DNA of 62,000 bases, from positions 32,384,001 through 32,446,000 of the forward strand of contig OX597824.1 in assembly GCA_951406725.2 (NCBI GenBank). Direction: 5' to 3'. Of the stretch, positions 27,651 through 40,577 are shown in pieces. Under the pieces are notes generated by a model. That model was not told where the DNA came from, ran no database searches, and saw nothing but the letters and a program-made list of their open reading frames with translations. The position numbers and the translations under genes are program-made. The stretch's first letter is position 1. Every line of letters starts with the position of its first letter. Source of the DNA: Octopus vulgaris. Its lineage: Eukaryota.

Positions 27651-27949
27651 TGTGGTTGAGTTTTTTGAGTAAAACCTTTCCAGGTGGTGACCCATATGAT
27701 CACGGTCTAGTGACTGAAACAGGTAATAGATAAAGGAAAGATAAAAGATAGCTGTCTGGCATGATCGATGTATCAGCCATGACCTGTCTGTAGATTGTCT
27801 TAAATATTTCATCAGAAATTTGAGTGTAATATATGAGTCTGTTTTAATAAAAATAACTGGGGGTGTGACAGATTCATTTCATTCAGTCTACCAACTGACA
27901 TTTTCCTTTACCATTTTCATAATAAACAAATACTAAATAGGTCAGTGGA

Positions 27950-28200
27950 GGTGCATGGCTTAGTGGTTAGGGTGTCAGCATCATGATTGTAAGATTGTAG
28001 TTTCAATTACTGGACTGGATGATGCACTGTGTTCTTGAGCAAAACACTTAATTTCACGTTGCTCCAGTCCACTCAGCTGGCAAAAATGAGTAGCGCTGCA
28101 ATGGACTGGTGTCCCGTCCAGCTGGGGAACGCATACGCTATAGAAACCAGGCAACTGGGCCCATGAGCCTGGCTAGGCTTTAAAAAAGGGCACATTTATT
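27950..28200 (+). mobile_element. tRNA-derived SINE
   Basis: GCATGGCTTAGTGGTTAGG head and gtgttcttgagcaaaacactt body. Confidence 0.8.
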
Positions 28201-28617
28201 TTATGGAGGCATGTGGTTTAGCCTTGCTTGTTCCTGTCAAGCCGTCCAACTCATGCCAACATGAAAAACTGATGTAAAATGATGATGGTTATGATGATGA
28301 TTCTATTTCTAGCAAGTTGAACGATTTGCATTGAGACTCCCTAGTTGTTTAGTGAAGTAGGAGAAACACCAATAAGAACGAAGATGTGTTTTACAATGAC
28401 AGAGAGAGAGAGGGAGATTGTGAGAGAGATGTAGAGAGGGAGGGAGGGAGAAAGAGGGGAGGTAGGTAGGGAGATATAGGGACAAGAAAGAGAGAGAGAT
28501 GGTAATGAGAGAGAAAGAGAGAGGGGGAGAGACAGGGCTTGAGGAAGCAAAATATTTATTGCATTTATAGAATTATTGATGTTTAACTATATGAAATGAT
28601 AAATTTGTAATTCTTAC

Positions 28618-28730
28618 CTTGGTAAGCCATAAAGTGGAACCATACGGAAACAAGCCATCACAGCACGTTTTCTTTGTGATGAGATGACTTTTCTCCAAGC
28701 ACCCTTAAGTCCAAGAGATGGATGTTCAAC
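28618..28730 (-). CDS. RyR: RyR exon, calmodulin-binding region: [37 protein letters not shown](R)
   Basis: Homologous to the RyR1 CaM-binding helix (WHKLLSKQRRRAVVACFRMxPLYNLP). CAG acceptor, GTAAGA donor. 113 nt, phase 0 to 2. Confidence 0.97.
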
Positions 28731-28993
28731 CTGCAAATGTAACAATTCTCTTTAGTTATCATTCATCAAACAGTTCTGAGTTGTTTTTAATACAGATCTA
28801 ATTTAATACTAATTAACTCTTTTACCTGCTCCAGTCATTGGGCTACAGCCATGCTGGAGCACAACTTTGTACTTGTAAAGGTGGCTCCTTTTACCAAACT
28901 ACTAAATTAAGATGAGGTAAGCAAGCCAGCATCAGTTGTCAAGTTTTGTGCATGTATGAGGCAAACACAGAAACATACATGTACATACTTTTA

Positions 28994-29032
<39 letters not shown>

Positions 29033-29160
29033 GAACCCCCCCACACACACAGGCAGAAATGTATGTAGACATGGATACAAATGTATGTATTTACACCCCA
29101 CCAAGCATATACATTGGTATGCATGCATATATATATATATATATTTGCATATACATATAT

Positions 29161-29208
<48 letters not shown>

Positions 29209-29234
29209 GTAAATGTAATATGTGACAATTATGC

Positions 29235-29563
29235 GGTAGCCAAAAGCTGGAGCAGTTTGAATGGGAAATGATGCCCCACCCACCGTATTTGCTAGACATT
29301 GACTTATTTGATTATCATTTATTCTACAGTTCTCAAAATCATTGAAATGGAAAAAAATATGAATTCTGTAGACAAGGCCAGAGCAGCACTGGAGAAGTAT
29401 TTTTCATCATGGACAAGAGAATTTTGGAAGTGGGGCCTGACAAGTCAACCAGATAGATGGAAGAGCATTGTAGAAAATGAAGGAGAGTATATTTTAGATT
29501 AAGAAAGAACTTTGGTTTATCTTAATTTTGAAAAATAAAAGAAGTATATGGGATGACCCAATA
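29235..29563 (+). mobile_element. Mariner (Tc1/mariner) transposase 3' remnant with right TIR
   Basis: WEMMPHPPY..D...DYHLF...ALEKYFSS...EFWKWG...PDRWKSIVENEGEYILD*. Ends ggatgacccaata. Confidence 0.85.
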
Positions 29564-29609
29564 TTTGATGCATAGAGAAATAATTGTTAGACATATAGTC
29601 ATCTCTTAC

Positions 29610-29750
29610 CATATGTAGTCCAAACATAACTCTGGCCATTGATACGATTCTTTCAATACTCTTTTCACTGTTTAGCTCAATATTACTGCTCAACTTGCTG
29701 TCTCCTATTTTTCGGAAGAGTAATTTCTGCCATTGCTCTGGTTCAACCTC
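29610..29750 (-). CDS. RyR: RyR exon: EVEPEQWQKLLFRKIGDSKLSSNIELNSEKSIERIVSMARVMFGLHM
   Basis: RyR pattern WQxxL....EKxVERVxxxAxVLFxL. CAG acceptor, GTAAGA donor. 141 nt, phase 0 to 0. Confidence 0.94.
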
Positions 29751-29964
29751 CTGTAACAAAATGAAAAATGAAGTTTTTGAAACAAATGGCACAAAATAAG
29801 TCAATAAATACAGGGGATTGTTTAAAATGAAATGTGATGATAATGAATAGAAATAAATATGTGTTTAGTTATCACTTGAAGTTGAGAATGATTTGAAGGT
29901 CAGGGAGACAAACATCAGCTGATTTTCTCATGATTCTCTATTTTATATGAAGATGAAAATAGAT

Positions 29965-30290
29965 GCAGGCGTAGCTATGTGGTTAAGAAGCTTGTCTTCT
30001 AACCATGTGGTCTCAGGCTCAGTCCCACAGTGTGGTACATTGGGCAAGCATCTTCTAATATAGTTCTGGGCTGACTAAAGCCTTGTGAATGGATTTGGTG
30101 AATGGAAACTAAAAGAAGCCTATTGAGTGTGTGTACGTGTGCGTGCATCCTTGTTTTGATGTCATGTGATAGTTGTAAGCAAGTGTCACTATCATACAAG
30201 AAGTATTGCTTCCTTTCTTCCATGGTAAACATGTCTGATCTTGGGAAAATATTACTTTGCTTAGAAACAAGTAAAGGGCATCTGTTGGCA
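29965..30290 (+). mobile_element. SINE (cagtcccac...ggcaccttgggcaag family)
   Basis: Shared with 32050-32385 and 43925-44320. Confidence 0.75.
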
Positions 30291-30379
30291 ACAAAAAGGG
30301 CATCTGGACATAACGATTTTTTAGACAATTTCTGTCTGACCTTTGCAAACATGGAAAAGTGAATGTTAAATGATGATGA

Positions 30380-30760
30380 TGAGGAAGAATGGAATAGGAA
30401 GAATAAGCTGATACTCCTATGCTACTGTTTACTGCTGAACTGCTCTCTGCAAGAGTGGTCTTTGATACTTTTTATGCTTTATGCAAAGAAGAGACCATGC
30501 TAACAAAAAGAGTAGGTGTTTATGGAGGGAATGGCAGGGGGTAGTTGGGTTGAGAAGTACCAAGAGATCCAAGAGAAAGAATCTTGTCGAAGACAAAGAT
30601 CCATGATGACATGAGAAGTGATGAAAGCTGATCTCAGTAGGACAAACCTCTTGGAGGAAATAGCAAAGAATCTCAAAAAAATGGCAAATCATTGTATCTG
30701 AGAACTGTCTAACCCATCAAACATGGCAAAGCAAATGGAAAATTATGATGATGATGATGA
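30380..30760 (+). mobile_element. Decayed RTE-clade LINE 3' end with (GAT)n tail
   Basis: RGR..KTW..VMKADL..TNL.EE-like remnant followed by aacccat..acatgg..(gat)n. Confidence 0.55.
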
Positions 30761-30924
30761 TATAAATTTTAGCAAAACTATGGGACCTCAAATATGCATT
30801 AAAGTTTATTAATTAATTTAGCCTTTTTTCTTTTTATTTAACATCTTATGTAAATATTAAGCATTCTAGATTGTTTAGAAGGATTGTAAGAAAAGCACTA
30901 ACACTCCACCCCCATAAAAAACTG

Positions 30925-31190
30925 GCCTGCTCATGAAATTAATGTGCAAGTGGCTGAGCACTCCACAAATACATGTACCCTTAATGTAATTCACAGGGAG
31001 ATTCAGCATGACACAGAATGTGACAAGGCCGGCCTTTTGAAATACAAGTACAACTCATTTTTGCCAGTTGAGTGGACTAGAGCAATGTGGAATAAAGTGT
31101 CTTGCTCAAGAACACAACGTGTCACCATGGATCGAACTCATGGTCTTATGATTGTGAGCTGAATACTCCTAACCACCAAGCCATGCACTT
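30925..31190 (-). mobile_element. tRNA-derived SINE (same family as 25545)
   Basis: Shared body catgaaattaa.gtgcaagtggctgagcactccaca. Confidence 0.8.
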
Positions 31191-31229
31191 TCAACAAGAA
31201 AAGCATCAATATATTTAACAAAGACTCAC

Positions 31230-31289
31230 CCCTTCAACTGTTTCCAATAGTGCCTTCAGGAAAGTTTCGATGTCTCCTTCCGGTTCCTT
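31230..31289 (-). CDS. RyR: RyR exon: KEPEGDIETFLKALLETVEG
   Basis: Corresponds to RyR KDTDEEVREFL. TAG acceptor, GTGAGT donor. 60 nt, phase 0 to 0. Confidence 0.9.
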
Positions 31290-31763
31290 CTAACAGAATA
31301 AAAAGTTAGAAAATGCCCACGATAAGTTAAACACACCATGCTTAGAACACCATGCTTTTAGTGAAAACAGTTCTGCACTTTCCGTGTTGGCGAGCAAAGC
31401 TCGACGTATATTTTGTAAAAGAACACAGGTAATCAAATAAAACAACCACACAATTGAATTTTAATATATTAACATAAATCTTGAATTAAAAACAGATTTT
31501 TCTTTATAGTAGGGGAAATCAGGAGGATACAGAAATTACCATTCAAATATAACTTCTCTATATTATTATTTATTTAAAATCTAAATTTCATCAAACGAAC
31601 ATTTGGTATGGTAAAGTTATATTGCTAGGCATATTATAATAGTCCAGTTTCTTTCAATAAAGAAAAATATTAATTTATTATACAAGCAAATGATAGCAGA
31701 TTTATAGAGGAAGAGAAGTAAGTAGGATCATTCATGCCTGTCTCAAGAAATTTAGCTCTTTAA

Positions 31764-31886
31764 CCCTTTTGATACCAGCCTACCTGAGACTGTCCCTGGT
31801 TCTATGGCACAACATCTTGTTTAAAGTGATCTAAATGAAAATTTGCCAATAAAATTCCATGTTAATTTATGATTCAAATACCAGTG
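31764..31886 (+). mobile_element. 5' half of the TTAA piggyBac-like MITE family
   Basis: TTAA-CCCTTTTGATACC..., similar to the start of 40358. Confidence 0.6.
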
Positions 31887-32049
31887 TTTTCTTTGGTTTG
31901 GGATTGGTATTTTAGTGTGATTTTGTTATTATGTATGTATCATATACATACATGTTATGTATGTAATTATTATTTCTGTCAGTAATAAAAAGTGATTTCT
32001 GAGTAGAATTTGTGGATTAACAGCACAAAACATTTTTTGGTATATATCT

Positions 32050-32385
32050 GCTGTGTGGCACTTTGGGCAAATGCCTTCTACAATAGCTTTGGATCGACCA
32101 AAGCCCTGTGAGTGGATTTGGTAGACAGAAACTGAAAGAAGCCAGTTATATATATATATATATATATTTATGTGTGTGTATCTGTTTGTATCTGCCACCA
32201 TCACTTGACAACCGATTTTGGATGTTGCTGTGTTTACATTCTCATAACTTAGTGGTTTAGCAGAAGAGACTGATATAACAAGCACCAGGCTTACAAAGAA
32301 TAAGTCCAGGGGTCAATTTCTTCAACTAAAATGTGGTGCTCCAGCATGGCTACAGCCAATTGACTGAAATAAGTAAAAGAGTATA
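32050..32385 (+). mobile_element. SINE (same family as 43925)
   Basis: tttgggcaaatgccttct...gtggatttggtagacagaaactgaaagaagcc...gctccagcatggc...gaaataagtaaaaga. Confidence 0.8.
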
Positions 32386-33602
32386 TATATATATATATTT
32401 TGCTTTGTATTTGCAATTATATTTTCCACTTTATAAATTGAAATTAAATCATTTTAAATTTTCCAAAAAAAGGGGAAAAAATCAAATTAATTAATGCCGA
32501 AGCAGTGTATTTAAGAAAAATATAGTAACAAAAGGGTGATATGAAGTGAAATAGCTTAAAGCAAGACTTGAAACTATTTGTTTTTGGCTTATAAGCAAAT
32601 TACTACTAAATTTCAGAAATGAACTGCTGTCAATAAATTTTTTCTAATTGAAGATTCCAATTGCACTAGAAATCAATATTGGTTCTTAAAATAAACGATT
32701 TGCTAAAATATCCAATGATCTTATTTCCCTTATTTCCTATCATCATCGTTTCTTCTGCCATTAATTCCATCATTCTAATTTCATTAAAGTTTCTGATACA
32801 ATAATTTAACTTTTGGTTCCCTATTCTATGAATTTCTGGAATTTCTCATTGGACATCAACAGGTCTACTGATTGGTTTTGCAGTCAGGTTTGAAGTTTCA
32901 AAAGAATAATTTACTTCACATATTGTAGGAATTTCTGTATCCCTGGAATTGAAAACAATTAATTTTATGAAAAAACAACTCATTTAAGTACAGATGAAAA
33001 CCCCAGTTAAAAATACACAATAGGGATATGACAGTTAGGGTAGAATATTATTATAAATAAGGTACAAGAACCAAATTAGGGACAAATTGAAAATAACCAT
33101 TAAAGAAATCCAGTGAATTTAAGTAAAATCAAAAGAAATCAAAATCAAAACCAATATGATATTATTAATATGGATATTAATTAAATATTAACACATGATT
33201 TAATTATATAATGAAAATTGCGTCTACATATACATTTATAAAGAAAGCTCTGCCTGTAGCTGTTATAGCTCTATTGCTTATAGTTTTATTCTTGTTTGCT
33301 GACTTCTGTGATTGAACTGTAAACATGATGGTGTACAGCCTACAAAAACTTAGTTGAATATATAGATTCCAAAACATATTTCATTCTACTGCTTATATTT
33401 ATTTTATTGATTTCTCTTTACTGAACCACTAAGTTATGGTGCATAATTGGACATATGTAATGACTTATGTTTGATAACTTAGTACAAAAATGCAGGGACA
33501 CAGACATATATATATATATTTTTAGTATGTGACCTTGTGAAGTCTACCTGCAATTTTTTTTTTTCCTCTATCCTCCCGTCTCGGGATCTTTCTTTCTCCT
33601 AT

Positions 33603-33637
33603 GTTTCCGACGAAGAGCTCCGCTCGAAACGTCATAG
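33603..33637 (+). ncRNA. Minimal hammerhead motif with U4C core change
   Basis: CCGACGA-A-GAGC-TCC-GCTC-GAAAC-GTC. Stem II is perfect, palindromic ACGT is present, stem I is eroded. Confidence 0.5.
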
Positions 33638-33903
33638 CCCCCTTCTTCCATTTTCCTGAGCGCCTAATAATAATAATACTGTAATTGTTCCACGTGTTGT
33701 TGTTTTCCCGTTTGGATTAACCTTATATATATATATATATATATATTCATTATATACATACATATATATACGTGCATTATGTATGTATATATTCATATAT
33801 GTCACTTCACTAGTACTACACCCCAACCCAGTTCAGGGATCTTGTCATACAGGTCACTTGATATTATCAGTAGTTCTGATGCCATGAAAATCAAAGCCAT
33901 ATA

Positions 33904-33938
<35 letters not shown>

Positions 33939-34330
33939 ATGGTGAAAAATTGAATATCCATTTGATTAATATCAATTTAAAACCAGTGGTCTAGCATATT
34001 AAAATGGCTTATAAACACCTTTCACATTTGTTCATATATATATATATATACATATCAAAGTCATATATTTGGACCTATCAAAGTTTATTTTTGTTATTGT
34101 AGTAACCCCATAGATGTGTGATTAGATAAAAAATGGGTGTTAAAATCATTTTATTCTAAGCAAACCACACCAAAAGACAATAATAATTAGCATCATCCTA
34201 TCACTTGATTACTGAATATTAATGGATATGTTCTGGTGAAGTATTGGTATGGTTTTATCAAATGAAATTATGATAGCTTGCAGAATCTCTTTAAAAAAAC
34301 CATATATAGAAAGATATGTGTGTGTGTATA

Positions 34331-34373
<43 letters not shown>

Positions 34374-35105
34374 ATAAAAGAGTATAATATATATGACATT
34401 TACACCTGTATAATACATATATATGTACGGCTATGCACACATACATGAATGCATATATACATATATACACTGACATATTTTATACTAAGATGACTAACTT
34501 GTAGTAAATAAGATGATTGATTGATTGATTAATGGTGAGGAGTGATAATACTTCTTCTCCATGGTTGAGTGATTAGTACTACATGAGTGAACCACTTCTC
34601 AAAGATTAGCTTCACAAATAGAAATCTTCAAAGAAACACCAAACATGCTGGTTTAGGAAACAATTTGGAGAAGAAAAACTTCAAAAATATTTCTTGAAGA
34701 TGTATTTACAATTGTTTAAACACTATTCAATCCTTTTTATCATATAATTTTCGAACCAATCAAACTGTTTTAAATATTGCTCTAATAGGATCATTATTAA
34801 ATTTATTTTAAAGTAATGATTAAAACATTTCATTTATTTTTAATTTGCTAAATACCTAAAAAGCTTTAATGTTATTCTTTCATTCTTATATTTTAGCAAT
34901 TTTATTGTATTTATAATTGATTTAAAATGTATTGTTTCAAAGAAACTTGTTTAATTTTAGATATTTTTATTTACTTAGGTATATATATTTCTAAAAAAAG
35001 AATACTTAAATTATAATACTTTTAACTTAGACATATATAAGTATTTTCCCAAAAAGCCTTAAATTAGGTTTTTATTTTCCCTACTGAAGAAACTGCATTA
35101 CATAC

Positions 35106-35372
35106 TCTTATAAGCTTTTCTTTGGTGTACTGCAGTAACTCCTGCTCTCTTCCGCTGAAGAAACTGAGGCCAATAGGGAACAACCGCTTGAGACAAGCTA
35201 CATTTAGACTGTTATGAGCTTCTAATCTTTTCTTGTCTTTCTTTCTTCCAGATGTTCTTGTTTCGTCTTCAACTTTCACAACTGACAATCCTTTAGCTTG
35301 GCTGGGCATAATCAATGCCATGTTGTCTATCTCATTCTGAGATACAAAGTTTTGTTCTTCTCTCTTGAACAA
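35106..35372 (-). CDS. RyR: RyR exon: LFKREEQNFVSQNEIDNMALIMPSQAKG...NSLNVACLKRLFPIGLSFFSGREQELLQYTKEKLIR
   Basis: RyR motifs FKREEQNFV and SLxVAxLKRxLPIGL. TAG acceptor, GTATGT donor. 267 nt, phase 0 to 0. Confidence 0.97.
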
Positions 35373-35564
35373 CTAAATTAATAGAATGGAACGAATATTT
35401 TACCAAGAGGAAAATACAGCCATGACATGCAACATAAAGACTTTGATAAACCTAGCTGATTGATTGACTAAACAATTAATCAAATAATCAATTAGTTAAC
35501 TGTTTAAATGACCAAAGGGATGTAACAGCATTTCTAAATGCCATACAATGTTTTTACTCAACAC

Positions 35565-35868
<304 letters not shown>

Positions 35869-36197
35869 AAAGGGGTTTGTATGATTGTGTATAGAAGGAT
35901 ATATATTATTCAAAGGAATTCTAACTCTGTCTTTTATGTTTTATTTATATTCTTTATAATATTAATGTAGAATATAGGATATATGGTATATATAGTATAA
36001 ATAGTATACATAGTAAAATGAAATGAAGTATTGATTGTCTTGTTGAATAGATGAAATATTGAATATTAAATATTAAGGGACTAGTATACTTTCTTGCATT
36101 AAAGCAGTCTTCAAGGTCCCAGGTTGTGATAGGAGTGTTTCACAGTTGAAAGAATATAAATAAAACATAAAAAACAGACAAAGTTGGAATTCCTCTG

Positions 36198-36257
<60 letters not shown>

Positions 36258-36498
36258 GCATCCATCTAGTTTCTGTTTACCAAATCCCATTCACGAGGCA
36301 TCAATCAGAAGACTTTTGCATAAGGTTCTACACTGTAAGTTGCAAAATGAACATCCTAATTGCACTGTCATACTTGTGTTAGATATAAACATTAAATGCT
36401 TTTTTGAAAAAAAAAAAAGATTGAAAGCTATCATTTGTATGAAATATAGGAAGAACAACCCTCTCACAAATAATAGAAAACTAAAAAGAAAAACTTAC

Positions 36499-36657
36499 GA
36501 GGGACTTTGACCACAGTGTGAAAATGTAGGCTACACAGTTGAAAAGTTCTTCTGCTGCAACAATAGGACTTTTAAGCCAACTTGAACGATGAAGGTCGAC
36601 ATATTTGATAAGTAGTGGGTAGAAAGCGTACAGATCTCGTACCAAAACGCCATAATA
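36499..36657 (-). CDS. RyR: RyR exon: [53 protein letters not shown]
   Basis: RyR motif RDLYAxYPLLIxYVD..R..WL...AEELF...IF..WSKS. CAG acceptor, GTAAGT donor. 159 nt, phase 0 to 0. Confidence 0.97.
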
Positions 36658-36819
36658 CTGTAGAAGTGAAAAGGTATACTCATGAAATACATCGATAATT
36701 TTGATGTAAAACATTTTATAAATAAACCACATACCATTACCCTGTGTTTACTAGAACATAATTTTAGAATTATATTTCTATTTAGGCATTTACTGGATTT
36801 GATGAGCCCATTTGTGTGT

Positions 36820-37200
36820 TAGCTATAGCAGGAGTGACTTGTATATATCGTCTATTTATGTGTCAGTTGTAGAAGGAGTCACTTGTGTTGTTCATAGTTC
36901 ATTTATACATTAGCTGTAGAAAGGATTACTTGTATCTATAGTCTAGTTATATGATAGCTGTAAAAGGATTCACTTACATCTATAGTCTATGAGTTAGTCG
37001 TAGGAATCACATGCAACTATAGTCTATTTATTTGTTAGCTGTTGAAGGAGTCACTTGTATATGTCATCTATTTATGTGTTAGCAATAGAGGAGTCACTTG
37101 TATGTGTAGTCTGTTTATGTGTTAGCAGTAGAAGGAGCCACTTATATCAGTAGTCCATTTATGTGTTTGCTGTAGAAGGAGTCACACGTAACTATAGTTC
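36820..37200. repeat. Minisatellite, about 43-bp unit, about 9 copies
   Basis: Consensus about tagctgtagaaggagtcacttgtatatatagtctatttatgtgt. Confidence 0.88.
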
Positions 37201-38019
37201 TAATAAGAGCAGTTAGGATAACTGCATATGCTTAGAGCAGTTCTCGTTGAATTTTAATTTTTTTTTTTTTGAATTTTGATAATGGAATAGTCAAAAGGAG
37301 AAGAGATAGTGTCCATGTCTATTTTAAGGCCTCCAAAAGGATGACTGAAAATATTCTCAGACCAGAAAAATAAGAAAATGCTTACAACAGAAAGACTGTT
37401 GTTAAAGACTGTCAAGAAGAACATGGCAGTGTTAAACCAGGCAATGGATTAAGTCAGGTACTCAAGAATAAGGACAATTTTTCCAATAGGATTCAACACA
37501 GTTTTCATCTACCCAGTTTCACTCACCAGGTTATGTGTTACATGGGGTCAAATCTGAAATATGTAACTTTTTAATCACATACTTTTTAATCACATGATCC
37601 TGCCTGCATCTATATCTTATTGGTTGGAGAAAATAGATGGGTGGGAATAGATTTCAAGGTGTTTCTAAAGAGGAAAGATTAAACCAACTGCTTAGGATAG
37701 GGTCTGTCAGATTAAGTACTTTGAAGTGATGAGGAAATAGTGGAAAATGCAGAAGTGGGTATGATCTTTGGTTGTAAAGAATTACTGCCTATCATTCTGG
37801 TGAGCATAGTATTATCTAACAGGTAAATACCTTTATTATGGATATAGTTTAGGTTGAGAATGCCAATATTAGTGAACTTTAAATCACCTTCTGATCAATC
37901 AGAGCTATAATAAAAGGCATTCCAGACATGGCCATTCAGTCTTTTTAGGACCATGTCTAGGTCTACAAAGGTCTATAATATCTAATGTCTTCATTCCTTA
38001 CATAAAATAGAAGTGTCTG

Positions 38020-38365
38020 AATAGATTTGGTGCTGGTGCCAAATAAATGCACCTGTGCCATTGCCACATAAAAACATCCATGCCAATGCCATGTAAGTGC
38101 ACCCATACCAGTGCCACATAAGAGCACTCATGTTGGTTCCATGTAAACGTGCTGTGCCAGTGCTACATAAAAGCACTCATGCTGATGCCATGTAAAAAAC
38201 ACTCAGTAGACTCAGCAAAGTGGTTGGTGTTGGGAAGGGCATCTAGCTGTAGAAACCATGCCACAACAGACTACTGGAGCCTATGTAGCTCCCCAGCTGG
38301 CTAGCTCTTATCAAAACGTCCAACTCATGCCAGCTTGGAAAGCTGATGTTAAATGATGATGATGA
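38020..38365 (+). mobile_element. SINE or RTE-tail copy with a 5' tandem array (gtgccacataaaagcac) and (GAT)n tail
   Basis: Same family as 4050-4370 and 43470-43897. Confidence 0.8.
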
Positions 38366-38676
38366 AATATGTACATTTTAGCCATTCAAAAACAAAATAT
38401 CTGTTAACTTCACTTAAAAATTTATTATTTAGGGTTAAAATTTTCCTTCCTGCAATTGCAGCCTGGTCACTGTATATTTTCTAAACAATTTCCATATTTT
38501 TACAAATGGCTAATTTGTATCTTCCATGCCATAATTGTTTTACTTTCAACATACAGTTTCTGATTAAATCACTTGCCTGGCAAATGCATCTCCAAAATAT
38601 AAATACATGACATATACAAATACACATCAGTGACATGAAATATATAGACCATATTATTAATATTTATTGTACAAAC

Positions 38677-38849
38677 CTGCTGAAGTTCTCCTTCCAAATC
38701 TGAATTGTCACTGCTGACTCTACGGTCAGATAGTTTCTTCTCAGCATGTTCAACATTCAGAGCGCATGTTTGAATCTTTTGAGCTATTGGTAGGAAATGT
38801 TCTTCAACCATATATGGTGTTGAGTTACCAATGATTGGTTGAACTCGAG
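38677..38849 (-). CDS. RyR: RyR exon: (S)RVQPIIGNSTPYMVEEHFLPIAQKIQTCALNVEHAEKKLSDRRVSSDNSDLEGELQQ
   Basis: RyR pattern QPI......HFxP. TAG acceptor, GTTTGT donor. 173 nt, phase 1 to 0. Confidence 0.93.
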
Positions 38850-39359
38850 CTAGAAGAGTTAGAAGCAAGAAATTAATCTACAGAACTCAGTACTACTGTA
38901 AATATTATTTACTCTTTTGTGTCAAAAAAAAAAAATACAAATGGAGACACTTGACAAATTTAACAATTTTAATATATGAACGTTTTTGCATAATAATAAA
39001 TATTGTTTCTTAAATGTTTCTAAAATGGAACTAAATATAGTTATCTGAATTAATTTAGAATTGCAAGATTTCATAAGGGAAAATTTTTATTATTTTCATT
39101 TGAAAGACTGAATACTAATGTAAAGAAAATACTGGTCACAAAAAATGAGATCTTGTGAGATTCATGCTTTTTTAAAGACAATATTGACATAACTAAAGAG
39201 AAATGTGTACAAATGAATGTGTTTGAAACTGTAATGAATTTTTGTCAATTTACTACCTTAATTTGTCAGTAATATAATGCTGCTTCAACATTTGGTAAAC
39301 TTGATGAGAAAATAAACATGAAAAGAAAAAAAAAACGAAAAAGAAAACTGAACACTCAC

Positions 39360-39475
39360 ATGCAATCCGATTCATCCAGGAAGCATTTGGATTATTGACA
39401 TTGTTCAATATGAGACGAAGTACTTTTCCCAATACTTCATTCATTAAAGTTGCTGTTACAGTTGTCACATGATTG
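39360..39475 (-). CDS. RyR: RyR exon: (G)NHVTTVTATLMNEVLGKVLRLILNNVNNPNASWMNRIA(S)
   Basis: RyR pattern VTxxxxNxxLGxILRxIxNN....ASWMxRLA. CAG acceptor, GTGAGT donor. 116 nt, phase 2 to 1. Confidence 0.95.
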
Positions 39476-40357
39476 CTGGAAGAAATAATTCCAAGGTTTA
39501 ATTTTAAATGTGACATAAGAGGAAGAGTTCTAAGAGGAACAGTTCTTTACAGTTGGCAATTGGAACAGTATGCATAAAGTACTCTACATTCATTGGTAGG
39601 ACAAAGTCTCATATAAAGGTCCTCAATGGCTCAGTGATGTTCAACACCCACATTCTCTTTGCAAATCTCAGATATGGTGGTTTGGTCACATTGCCAGTAT
39701 GGTCAACAAGGGATCTCCGTAATGTCTCTTTCAGAGTAAGTTTGTAGAGTGTGTGTGGGGGCAGTGTTTGGTTAGTGGGTAGCAAAAGTACAAGGAGGAC
39801 ACTCTTAGAACTTTAAAAGACTTCATCATTGATCCAAAGTCTTCAGGAGCTCTTGCTACAGTGACAGCTATCTTATAAGGAAAGCTGCCATTGTATCTAA
39901 GCCTGGAACAGGTTGGCTTGGGAGAAGAGGAACATGAGAAAGTTCAGAACCATAGCACATCAGCTAAAAGAAGGACTTTGTCAACTAACCTCAGACACAC
40001 TTATGAGTATTACCACACTTGGGTATTACCTGTAATTAATATTTGTACTAGAAATTATTGGAAGATTTTTCAAAAATTTCAAGTGCATGGATAACACTTT
40101 TATTTCACACCATTTTCCCATAAAAGTTTTTCTTTTAAGGTTTCAGTGAAATATTTAACTTACAATTTGGTTTTACACCAGTTTAAGAAAATTAATTATC
40201 TAAAGTATCTTACAAACAACTGAAGAATGTCAGAATTTTAATGACTGGAAATAAATTTAAAGATATTCGTGGAAAGATTTCATCAAATCATCTTTCATTT
40301 CTTATTTTTAACTTCCTTCAATCATTGAATAGTGGCCATGCTGGGGTACTGCCTTAA

Positions 40358-40577
40358 CCCTTTTGTTACCAACCTGACTAAGACCGGCTCTGGCTCTGAG
40401 TACAAACATCTTGTTTTCATAAGTTTTGAATTAAAATCTTCCCCCAAACTTTAGTTACAATTTATGTTCCTAATACTAGCTTAATGATAACTAAGTTATT
40501 TTACTAAATTCTTTGTTATATTTAAAGCAATTGAAAGAAATGCAGAGCATCTCAAAATAAATACAGTAACGAAAGGG
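40358..40577. mobile_element. piggyBac-like MITE with TTAA target-site duplication
   Basis: TTAA(40354-57)-CCCTTTTGTTAC...GTAACGAAAGGG-TTAA(40578-81). TIR match is 11/12. It splits an older SINE. Confidence 0.88.

Noticed and set aside
32846-32942. Minus-strand acceptor plus DTEIPTICEVNYSF...Q* segment
   Set aside because: It needs phase 2, but the host intron is phase 0 and a stop appears after 8 codons. I found no partner exons.
36820-38200. Repeat arrays at 36820-37200 and 38020-38200 as possible CRISPR-like arrays
   Set aside because: The context is a eukaryotic intron, the units are contiguous and degenerate with no unique spacers, and there are no cas genes. The second array is the 5' part of a SINE copy.
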